Shown here piece after piece: positions 10,388 to 22,600 of a DNA stretch of 64,000 nucleotides. The stretch is taken from positions 14,570,001 to 14,634,000 of the forward strand of contig OZ059896.1 of NCBI GenBank assembly GCA_964057225.1, in the 5' to 3' direction. The stretch's first letter is position 1. Each line of letters starts with the position of its first letter. The stretch is from Auanema rhodensis (lineage: Eukaryota; Animalia; Nematoda). A program made the position numbers and the translations under genes. The notes under the pieces are model-generated. The model ran no database searches. It was not told the origin of the DNA and saw nothing but the letters and a program-made list of their open reading frames with translations.

Positions 10388-13300
10388 ATGTCTTTCGATT
10401 TTGGGCTAACAGCTCCATTTGTGCCCGAATTCACAACCAAAGAACAATGGGAACATCGTCATAAGATTCGAGCTGTACAGGTATTTCCTTATATATAATT
10501 ATCTAAACATAAACATGTATATGTATATGTATATATATATAGTTGTAATAGAAAGATTTTTGAAGTTTTATAGTTTATATCATTGATTTTGGTATTAGAT
10601 TTGATGAAACCTTTCATAGATTTATATGAGAGAATAAGAAAAATAAAGAAAGTGATAAATAGAAAATAAAAAGTAAGAAAGATTGATATAAGAGAGAAAA
10701 AGAAAACCAAAAAGTTGAAAAAGTAAAAAAAAAGTTCAATTTGAAATGCCCTATTGGCTGTTCTCTAGATATATGAGGCTAATATTAAAGATATATAAAA
10801 AGAAATTTTGCATTAAATCTAAGCAAAAACTTTTCTCTCTTTCTCTCTCTCTCTCTGTCTCTCTTTTTATCTCTTTGTAGTTGTATTTCAAAGCATTTGC
10901 TCTTTTTAGATTGTAGCCCCATCATCCTCCCATCCTGGTCGATTTCGCCTAAGTGAAAGTGCTCTCAAATCGGTTTTAGGTCACTCATGTATCGCAAATA
11001 GGAAGGTTCGTTCATTACCAAAAAAAAGTTTCAATTTCAAACTTGAAAAAGTAAAAAAATTAAAATGAACTAAGAGAGAAAATCAATAATATTTGGATAT
11101 TAGTTATATTTTTCACTAAATCCTCGTCAATCTCCACTTCAATTCTCTTTAAAACTTTCAAGAATTATCGTCATTCCCATTACTTTTCCCTTGTTGATTA
11201 GTTTAGAGACACAACATCAGATGAAATACTCATTCTCTGTATAACTCGAAATGGAAAAATCGTTTTCCTTTTTTGAAAATTAAAGATGATGTTGAGTATA
11301 AAGGAATGTTTATCTATCTTTTGTTCTTTTGAAACTGGCGTCCCTATATATGTGTTGATGATGATGATCAACTTGAAGATCCTAGAAGGTCCAATTCAGT
11401 TTTCCGCATTCTGTTGCCCCTTCGTCTCGCGGAAGACCAGCCGTCAGACAGTTCATCCGAACTGAACTCCATATGAAACACGCACACACATGTATACATT
11501 GGAACATGAAAATCGAATTCATACAGAAGAGATGGTTGGAGAAAGACTTATTAGAATTCTTGTTTAGTTGTGTCTCTTTGAATTCATTTATTTGATTGAA
11601 AAATGCATGTCATCATCATCAACTCTCAGAATCATTTGATATTTCTGCTTAGTATTTCTTTCATTTTTTGGGCTTTTTCTTCAAAATTCAAGATGTAGAA
11701 TTTGTATAGAAATGAAGAAAATGTTAGATATAGTGGGAATAGAGCCAGGGATATTGTGTCAATGCTATTGCTTCTGCCTTTTCCTGTTTTTTTTATGTAT
11801 GTGTAAGTTGATGAGAAAGAAAAAAACAAATAAACATCATCGCATATGAGAAAGAACAAATTTATTTTTTTTTTGCTCGTTCTGTATTTCGAAGGTAATA
11901 AATAAGATTTTTGAAAATAGCCAGATAACTGAACTATCTTTCGAGAACGACTTTGATGATAATAGATCTTCGTGGTGATGGTCGTGGATGGAATTATGAG
12001 GTAACTTAACGGCGAGTTCCGTCCTCGAAGAAGACTCCTCCGTCGATGGCACAGTACTTGGGGCAGATACCCTTCTCTCCAGCATCTCCTGGAGTTCCTG
12101 GACGTCCAGCTTGTCCTGGCTCTCCGTCCTTTCCTGAGGATCCATCTTCTCCTGGTGGTCCCTTGGGTCCTGGGTTTCCTGGAGCTCCGTCAATTCCGTT
12201 GCTTCCTGGTGGTCCTGGTGGTCCCTGTGGTCCTGGGGATCCTGGGGTTCCTGGTGGTCCTGGGACAACTGGCTCAGACTTCGCTGGGGCTCCTACAAAG
12301 AAATTTATTTGTAACGAATTATTAATTATAACTGAATTACCTGGCTCTCCTGGGGTTCCTGGGTTTCCTGGAGGTCCTGGTGGTCCTGGAGGTCCCTTTG
12401 GTCCAGCTTCTCCGGCTGGGGCGTTTGGTCCCTTTGGTCCTGGCTCTCCTGGAGCTCCGTTATCTCCTGGTGGTCCTGGTGGTCCTGGAGGTCCTGGTGG
12501 TCCTTGTGGGCATGGTTGGCATGGTGGTGGAGTGACTGGTTCGCAAGGTTGCTGAGGTGGTCTTCCTGGGTTTCCTGGAGTTCCTGGAGCTCCTGGACGT
12601 CCTGGCTTTCCAGGCTTTCCTGGGGTTCCTTGTGGTCCTTGTGGACCTGGAAGACAGCAACCGCTGCACTGTTCACTATAAGCGGAACGGGCAGTTCTGT
12701 TAGCTGCAACTGGAAGCTCCTTGATGGAGTAGACACTGGACCAGATGTCCTTAGCAGAACCCTATAGAAAATTAAATAAATGATGGAATATGAATTTGAA
12801 GATTTAATAAGTTTGAAAATGGTGAAAAAGAAAAAAGAATAACTAAGACGATAGAAACTTACTCTGCAGAGGTTGAGCTCAGAATGCATCTGACTACGAA
12901 CGTGATGAACGTAGTTGTAGACCATTGGAAGAGTTACGCATACTGATAAAACAGCAACAGCGGAGAAGGTAACAGCGGCATAGCCGACAAATCGATAAGC
13001 TTTAATCTTGGAATCAATATCCATCTTCTTCTCCGTATTTGGCAAAGAGGAGGAATGGACTACCTAGCCTGGTTACGTTCTGTACTCCTCTTATATACCC
13101 GACTTGACACGCCCACTGATCGAGAGAAGCTGCTTTTTAGCCGATACACCGTTCGACAAGAAAAAGATGCGGAAATTTCGCGATACACAACGGATAACAG
13201 TACAGATTTCTTTCTAATTTGACATATCTACCTTGTCTAAAACGTTTTTCCCCCCAAAAATATCGCAGACATTGTCATCATCATCAGCCCATTGAAGCTA

Positions 13301-16150
13301 TTGTCTCTTTAACATTTCATCTTTTTCTCTTCCAAGATTTGCTAGCTGATGGCGTTCAATCTGGCAGAAATAATCGATTTTTTTTCCATCAAACAAAACG
13401 GAAGAAACTCATAATTGAATGGATAAGAACGTCGAAATATGAGGCCAGGCCATGAACAGAATGATTTACTTGACCATCTAGCTAACCTTCAGATATGCTA
13501 TACCAAAGAGCCAAATTCATCTGATAAAGTTAAAATATAATAATCAGTTCATTAAAAATTCATTCAACTATTTTTTTTTTGAACTTATGTTGAGAAATAT
13601 ATTTGAAATTTATATCCAAAAGTTTTTTTTTAAGAATTTGACCACTTGCCCCGCTTTACTGATAAAATGCAGGTTCTTCTCCATCAATGTTTCATCGTCT
13701 TATAAACCAGTTACCACCTTTCATAAAATATTTTTTCGGAATTTTCATTGCAAGAGGAATATTTTGAAACAAAAATTCCATCAAATATCTCAATACCTAT
13801 GAAATATATTTATGAATAGATGTAGATGATCAGTAAAGAAAATGGAACCAGCTCTCATACACCACACAATCTGCTGGTGGCTGTTCCGATTTTCTCGTTC
13901 CAACGGTCGTTTTTCTCATTTTCTCTTTCTTGGAGATATAAGGCCTCAAAGACTATTAATGACAATGAGAAAAAACGTGAAGATTATATTAGAAATTTTA
14001 AGAATATAATAGAATAGAAAAGAAATTATAATTATAGGTTGTTATAATATCAGTAGCTGGTGCTTTCCGTAAAGGAAAATCGTTTTTATTGAATTTTTTT
14101 CTTGAATATCTTTATAGTTTACAAAAATCACAACAGGTTCGTTTAATAAACAGCTTAACTATAACTAGAGTATCAAATATATTAGACTGAAACATCGTTG
14201 GAATGGTTAACAGATGATTGCCAATTGCATGGTTTTCATTGGAGAGCAGGAGCTAAACGAGATACATTAGGTACGGTTATATTATTGTATATTATAACTC
14301 GTAAAAGTTTCATATAATTAGCATAGTTAAAATACCAACTTTTACATTAATTCAGGTATATGGGTATGGGGTGAACCTATCATGATTGAAGGAGCAAATG
14401 GAGAGAATTTCGCAGTTCTATTGGTTTGTGCAAAGTTTTGAAAAGATTAACCATGTGCTCTATGCAGATGGATACTCAAGGAACTTTTGATAATAATTCT
14501 ACATATCAACAGTGTATGACGGTATTCGCCTTATCAACTATATTAAGTAGTGTCCAAGTGAAATACTTTATTTATTTATAAATATATTTTATATTTATCA
14601 TATAGATTTATAATGTTGTTGATAATATTCAAGAAGATTCATTACAACATTTATCATTATTTGTTGAATATGGACGTTTAGCTATGAATGAAGTTAGCCA
14701 GTTCGGTAAACCATTTCAAGTAATTTTTCTTTAATTTTAATTGATTATATATATATATTTATTTATTCATTTATTTATTTAAGAATTTTGTATTTAAGAG
14801 CCTTGTATTCTGTGTTCGAGACTTCAAAAATCCAGATGAATTTGGCTATGGTGTTTCAGGTGGAGCAGAGTTTTTGGCGAACGTGTTGAAGGTTTTGTTT
14901 CAACTCTATACAAGAATCTTATTTCTTATAACTGTTAGACATCTGAAGAACAAGCAGACGAGCTTCGGAGTGTCAGAGAACAGTTAGCAGAATGTTTTGA
15001 AGAAACTCTTTGCTTTCTATTACCTCATCCTGGTCATCGAGTTGCTGAACGTCAGTCGTTCAGAGGTCACGTAAAAGGTACGCCAAAATAAGCACGTGAA
15101 ATATTCACGTTAACCAGGTTTACTTTTATTTTTTGTAAAAATACTGAGGCAAACCGGTTGATGTTTTTCTAATACGTTGGCAATTAAGTAAATGAACATC
15201 ATAATTAACAGATTTGCGCCCCATTTTTCGAGAAGAGCTGAAGAAAATGGTTCCAACGCTTCTAAATCCTCAGAATTTGAAAGCGAAAATCATCAATGGA
15301 AAAAGTGTGACCTGTAGGAAAATGATGCAATATTTTAGGGTAAATATTGACAAAGTTTCATTTAGAAAATAATAAATGATGATTTATAGGAATATGTAAA
15401 ATCATTTGATGGAGAAACTTTACCAGCTCCTCAAAGTATTCTGAATGCTAATGCCAAATTGATTTGTATGGATGGTGCTCATGAAGCTAAGCTAGCTTAC
15501 TGTAAAGGGATGGATAAGGTTTCAGCTCAATGGTATCTACTTCTGATTTTAAATGTTTTTTTCAGTCAACAGCAGTCACTAGAATGATCCCAGAGAAGCG
15601 CTTACTTCGACTTCATATTCAGCATGGTATAACAGCTTTGAATATCTATGATAAATGTCCAAAACTTGGTGAAGCATCAATCAGACGAGAGCTGTTAGAA
15701 CGACTTCAAGAAGAAATCAATGTAAGTTTTATCTTTATCTTTCTTTACAAATATGTTATGCACCTATACTAGTTGTTCAGGCAGAGTTAGAACGATATAA
15801 ACGACTCAACGAAGCTAAACGGGTAACAGGTTGTGCTTCAGCAATGACAGCCTGTGGAGATAGTGTGCTACTAGGCCTGGGGCTTGGTGGTGCTGCAGGA
15901 GGTAAAGTTCTATTTTGATATTAAACTAAATTTGAACTTTTGAGGTGCTATTGCTGGAGCAGCGCTCACATTACAGACCGGTATTGTCAGTGCAGGTATG
16001 TGATAAGGAACGGAAGTATGTAATCATTTCGCAACTGTTATAGGGATAGTAGCTATACCCATTTCACTAGCTACACTATTTGTCATTTGGACATATGTAT
16101 GGTTAAGACCTCACGTTGAAAAGTGCATCAATAAGCAGGAAACCCCTTAG
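10388..16150 (+). CDS. atln-2: Atlastin-family (GBP/dynamin superfamily) GTPase, atln-2-like, ~15 exons
   Basis: Exon 1 (10388-10480) [11 protein letters not shown]...RAVQ; exon 2 (10910-11005) [32 protein letters not shown]; ~3 kb intron; then [22 protein letters not shown] (P-loop), [18 protein letters not shown] (G2), [10 protein letters not shown] (G3), FCVRDF (G4), CFLLPHPG, a short helical region and a Gly-rich hydrophobic C-terminus ending ...KQETP*. The family call is firm; the paralogue name is less so. Confidence 0.9.
12006..13024 (-). CDS. Nematode cuticle collagen (col-34/col-3-like group), 3 exons, nested in atlastin intron 2
   Basis: Col_cuticle_N domain [42 protein letters not shown]; RTAR furin-type site; CSGCC; Gly-X-Y blocks with the [14 protein letters not shown] interruption; C-terminus [24 protein letters not shown]. 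Confidence 0.97.
13091..13100 (-). promoter_or_regulatory. TATA box of the collagen gene
   Basis: GGGTATATAA on the minus strand ~70 nt upstream of the ATG; matches the GTATA(A/T)(A/T)AG type seen at highly expressed nematode genes. Confidence 0.65.
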
Positions 16151-16654
16151 ACCTTAAAAAATTTTTATGTTTTGATCAGATTCTATTGTACATACTATAC
16201 TACATTCGTTATCGGTTCATCAGTGCTCATATACGTGTTTTCATAACATATCTTCAACTGTTTTGATGAAAGAAAATATAAATTGTGATAATTAATTAAC
16301 TTTTGTTGTTTCAACCAGAAAATTTATTATGTAAGATCTCCTCTATAAAATGAACAAACACGGAAATGATTTAAATGAAACTTCTTGGAAGTATTTTACG
16401 GGAGGAGATAATTGCAATAATAATTCAACCCGAAACAAATATACAAAAATGGAAGAGACTTGAGAAACTAAATTTAACACGTGAGAATGGAGTTAATGAA
16501 ACAAGAGTCAATTGAGGATGACGGCAAGAGGTAAGACGTTAATAATAAATATTATTTTTTAATTATGGTTCGCATACAATGATTTATGAAAAAAACTATA
16601 AAGGACACGTAAAAAAGATACTTTAAACTAAATTTCACTAAATCAAGTGAATTT

Positions 16655-19600
16655 TTAATCGTTCTTTACTTTGTATCTGGTCCATTGAATGAGGGTGGCT
16701 GGAGATCGGAATAAGAATATCAATTTGGCAAAGAGGTCCTGAAAAAATAAAAAGTACTAAAAGATACAGATTATAATACAAACCTGCTCCAAGAAGAAGT
16801 CCTTTGCCTCGCGTACTAAGTAGATGTCCAAGCAGATCTTGAGTAAGTAATCTGGATTTGGAATCTCGGAAATCATAACCTCCATAGGCGAGCTAGTGAA
16901 CAATCCTCTAATGACACGACCGGCCAAAATAATCAATGTTGCATACATTGTTATGATTCTGAAGAGATAAATTTGAAACACCAAATTAATGCAAAAAAAC
17001 ATACCCTCCCTGAAGATACTTAGCAAAGAATGAAGGATAAGCTCTATCGACAAAAGCAACAGTTTGAAGATATTTACGGCCTGTTCCATAAGGAATATCA
17101 GAAGAGTTGAAGAATACTTGTTGATCAAAAGCTGTTGGATGTGTAGCTTGTGCAACCCATACTGATGGCTAAATTTTCAACATAATTTGGAAATACATAA
17201 AAAAATTCCATACTCCTCCAACTGTTGTGTTATCTATCGATAAAGTGAGCGTATCAAACCATGCAGTTCTATTAACATTAGCATTGGTAGTGTTGAAAGG
17301 CGGCTCGTCATATAATATAGATGTGACCAATGGATCTGGAACTGACACCTGTCCTTCGTTTGGAACCAAGAGATAACTTGGGAACGCAGTGGGAAGAGAA
17401 ATCTGAAAAGAAAATTGAATCCAATGTGAGAGATATTATAAGAAAGCTAACAATTCCACCACCATCAAGTGCATCACTAATCTTCTTTCTCTCCGCTGGA
17501 TCTTCACTTATTTCAATATTCCACTGAGCTGAATGTTTTTCTGATAATTTTTTGGCAGCATCATAAGGTCGAGAGAACTCAACGGACAATTGGAATTCAA
17601 TGGATGAATTAGATGCTAGCTGGCTTCTGGAATAATAACTTGTCATAAGAGTGTAAAAAATTTAATTGAAAACACATATCTGTCCTCAGACATGTCTGTT
17701 AGTATGATATTTCCACTAACAAACACTTTGAAAAAAATAGAAACTCTCAATTTACTTCACACTACCACGTCCAGTTGTTTACTCAACAAAAAAATGCCAG
17801 GTGTTTGTTTAGTACAGGAAAGTTTAAGCATAACCAAAGAAAAACATACTTCAACGCCTTCAACGATTCAACGGAAATAGGCCATGTGACTTCAGATTCT
17901 GGACGAAACTCGACTACAAGAATATCACCCTCTGAGTAATCCTTTAAGAAAGCAACGCTACTTCTAGAACGTTTTAAAGAATCCGTATTCAAAGGATTGA
18001 ATCTGTAAAAATATGGGATAAAGGATATCATTTGAAAAATCAAACCTGATACTCATAATATCAGTTAATCGCTGATGCTCTGCCACTGTAAAAGGACGTA
18101 ATTCAACTCCTTGAGCTTCAATTTGATATAAGGGCTAAAAACAGAAAACAATGAAACTTCATCATATGTGAGCTAACCGGATATCCTTCAAGAGACATGG
18201 ACATCTTGACACGATTTGGAATGGATATATCACCAATTTGGTTGAGTAATGAGAAGATGAGAAGAGGTGCCCATACAAGGAAAACAATCAAGAGAATCAT
18301 TGGCAAGCCCATGAAATATTTTACAATAACTCCCTTAGGTTGACCACGAGGAGCTGGATAATTCTAAAGAAAAATATAAAGATCAAAACTGTAACAAATA
18401 ATTTTCTTACTCCTTCGAAAGTTCTCGCACATTTCAAGTTATAAATAAGAGCGTAAAAGTTTTCCATATTGAAAAAATCAAACAACGGCATAGACGTATC
18501 AGTCCAAGTCCAATCTATGGCAGTTCTCAACTCAAATAAGAAAGGAACAGACATGAAGCTGAAAATACCCAGATAAATTTCACAATTTAGTAATTTGCTC
18601 ACATCTTGAAGAAAATCATGTTCGCTAATCCATATGCATGAGTGAGCAGATTTCCGATACAAAGTTGGGGATAACCATTTCTAATCTGCCAAGCAGATAC
18701 CAAAAGGTACAAACATTTGACAACGTAGAGGAATTTAGCTACACTATTATCAGCAGCAGCCCTTAAAAAAAGAAATAACATAAAGATTAATAAATGTAAC
18801 AACCTCTTTGTGATTAGAGGAAGTACGAAGAAAATCCAGCTATGAATGAATATTATGATAAGTAACTGATAAGCGAGCTTTCCATGAACCCATTTTCTCA
18901 AATACAAACCACGATCAACAACTATCATTAAAGTCATAATAATGAGCATGATAACTAAAGTTAATGGAATGCGACTTTTCTAAAAAAACAATTAAATAAA
19001 TACAAAATCAATATATAATTACTTGAATGTCACCAATAACATTTCCTGAACCTCCTTCTCCAAATCCAGAGTATCCCAATCCGATGATAAGGAAAGCAAT
19101 AACGTCCAAACCGAACATGATTGGATATAAGTCTCTGAAAATCAGTAGTTTAAAAAATAGTTATTTGAAAAAAAAACCTAATATAACGAAATTTGGGTTG
19201 GAATAATTGAGTAATAAACCGAATAATTGGATTCTTTTTCTCTTCGGTCGGATGTTCTTCCGATAAGGCTACTTCTGAACAGATAGTGGTATGAAAATTC
19301 CAAAATTTGTAAAATACCTCCAGCTTGTGAAGTTGAAGGAGCATCACTAGGGGGGTTTGAGATTGTAGATTCATTCAATGTTTCCACAGTCTTCAAATAT
19401 TATAATTAAAAGGTTGAATTAATATCAAATTCTTACAATGCTCTCATGAATGGTATCATTGAATGTAACAGTCAAGTTGGCATCTTTCCATAAACCAAAT
19501 TTACGTAGTAAAGATCTGTGGAAGAAAAGAGCAAAGAGAAGTGGTACATCGAACATTGCAAATCCGTCTTGTCTCTGAATACCGAAAGCTTTCGGAAGAG

Positions 19601-22600
19601 TAAGAGGGGCTACAATATTCTTGTTAGCGTTCGATTGCTGATTGAACTCGAAGAAAGTAAATTGACACACAAACTTTACAAGAATCTAAGAGAAAAATAT
19701 TAATTAAAATTAACAGAATGTAAATTCATACCACAAATTCGGTATAAGCAATCATTGTTACCCAAAAGAACTTGCTGGGACGTGGGTTAGATAGTGTTCC
19801 CCATAAGAATACCATCAAAGGTAAAGGCAAAGTTATCAAACCGGCACCCATGGCATGAGACAACACTGCTAAGAAATAGCAGATAATATCGGTATTAGCT
19901 AAAACACAGTTTCCAATGGCTTGCAATAGTCGAGCAGCAGCAGATCGTTGTTGCCAGCTGTTATGTGCTTCAGATTCCATCCTACAAGACAAGTATGAGC
20001 AGTGACTCCTTTCACTCTAGACTTACTTATCAATATCACCTTCACTGTGAACAACATGAAGACTGGGCATATCCATGCGATCTCTCAAATCCTTCAGTCC
20101 CAGAGACGTATTAGATAGAGACTATAATTAATAAAGTCTGAATCTTGAATAGAAAAATGAACGAACATCTTGATAACTGTCTTTCAGCTTTTCCTTTTCT
20201 TTACATAAAACAAATGCTACATATCGGTGTTCTCTAGACATCTTGTTCAACCAAACACTTATCATATCACAGGTATTGGTAATCAACTTTTTCACAAATT
20301 GGATAGCAGTTGATTTTGGGGCCTCGGTAGCTGAATCCGTTTCATCCTGAATTCAGAAATAAGGAATTGTATAACATGATGAATAATTACCGGTTGAACG
20401 CTAACTGCCTCAATCATTCGTTCTTCAGGATCTTTGACTTTTTCTGCTTCATTCACCTTTTCCAAAGTTTTTCCTATATCCATATTGTGGCTAGTGGCTG
20501 CATACACCAGCTGAAAATAAAAAAAGTTATTTACAAATATATTCAGAAGAATATAAGGTTTACCTGTCCTGGGTTCAATTTATCGAACTGAGTAGCAGAC
20601 GGGTCTGTTTCAGGCACAAAACTCTCGACAGGCTGAACGAGTTCATCGGCATGTGGATCATAATCGAACATATAATAATCTCCAGCACGTTTAGCTACAA
20701 AAAAAAAATTATTCGACACAATGAAAGAAGGAAAAGTTAATATAAACTGAATTGTTATAGCTGATTACGATAGGTGCTAGCTTATAGCGATTATTAAAAT
20801 TTAAAAACTAAATAAATTATAAACACAAAGGATATAACTGAAATCTAGACAGCAACAGAAATTAAGGTAAAGAATTTAGAAAAACAGATGGCTAAATGAT
20901 AGCAAGCTCAACAAAATGCTCTCCTTCCTGTAGTGAAGGTACAACAAGACGTTCATGCATATCTAAAGTATACGAACCAAGATGTCTCCAATCGTAGAAG
21001 GGAAAAGGATCATCCGTATTAAAAGGCGGTAACCGTTCTACTAACATTAATTTACAAGAAGCTTACTACCACAACACCAAGCATTCATTAAGATATATTA
21101 ATTTTTCTATATAATCTATTCTACATTCTACATTCTAAAATATATCCCCCATATGAAAATAAACCAAAACATTACTCTGATAATTATCGTAACTGTGTGT
21201 GAGTTAAAAAATAAATAAATAAATACCTTGTCCATAAGTTTGAGGCTCAAAAACGGAACTTCCAATAGCAAGTTGTTTGTTATACCTGAAAAGTAGAACA
21301 ACATTCATAATTGCATTCCCGAAATTCTTCACACCTTTCTCTAATAGCTTGAGTTCTTTCTTGAATTTCTTTGAACTTTTTCATTTGTTGAACATTTTGT
21401 TCTTTCATTTCTTTCTCGATCAATTGGTTCTTGAGCACGGCTCCTCTATAATTGAGAAAAATTAATCATCGAAAACAAGTGCCAACACCAGGTAGAGGGA
21501 GTAACAAAAAACAAAACTCAAAAATCACACTTGAGATACACTATTTAACTTACACAGTTATTGTTTTACCTGGATACCTTAAATTCTGGCCAATTAGATA
21601 ATTTAGTGAGAAATTGAGTTATTTAAGAATAGTTCAAAAAGCCTAACCTGTTCGCCAATATGACTTCAGAACGGTATTCAAGCATACAGTGTTGGAAGAA
21701 CCACGAATGGAACACTCTCATTTGGAAAATTAAAAACATTAAGGCAATAGCATCAAAGCCCATCTGCGCTTCTTGTTGGTTTACAGGACAAGTTTTCAAG
21801 AAAGTATCTTCTGTAGACAAAAATTAAACTAAAATATTAAAAAATGATATTCTCACGTCCATCAAACAAGTTTGCTTCGAGTCCTCTGCCTCCTATTATC
21901 GGATTGACGCAAGATATGCTAAAATTAACCATTATCAAGAACATTAAGGACTGGCTCTTTTACCTAAAGATTTGTCTGATCCAGCATCTATAGTCATTAA
22001 CAAACCATCCTAAGAATACACAACCAAAGATCTTAATGAGAAAGTAAATGAGGAGAAAAGAAACAATCACTAAACCTGCAATGCGACTTTGCTGAACATA
22101 GTGAATACAGTATATGTAACAAGAATTTTCCAACGTGCAAGGGTGTCCTTAAAGTTATTTGTACCAGGGTTCATCACATATAAGTTATTTCCTTGCCAAA
22201 GAATCCATAAGGTGATAATTATATATCCTTCATAATGATTATAATTAATTATAATACTTCCCAATTTTCAAACCTAATGCAAATAGAGATGTTCCTCCGA
22301 TACCAGCCACTAAAGAAGTTATCAATGTAATCCAATGCCCATAATGGAAAACAACTATTTTCGCAAAATCAACAAAGCTCCTATAAAAAATTAAATAAAA
22401 AATAGTGGAAAAAAACAATTGTACCTCTGGGTGGTCAAGAAATCATAGTGAGGGTTTTCGGAACGAAGATAATACTGATCATCGGTATAAATAGAGTCGT
22501 TGTCTGTTCCTTCACTCCGGAAAACTGCCATCTGATATAAACACGTTGTAAAATCATAACAAGAATTAAAATAAAATACCTGGCATGATGCAAATAAAAG

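Noticed and set aside
11837-12767. Overlapping ORFs (QDHQE repeats, antisense PG-rich, SRT-rich)
   Set aside because: Alternative-frame and antisense shadows of the collagen Gly-X-Y codons.
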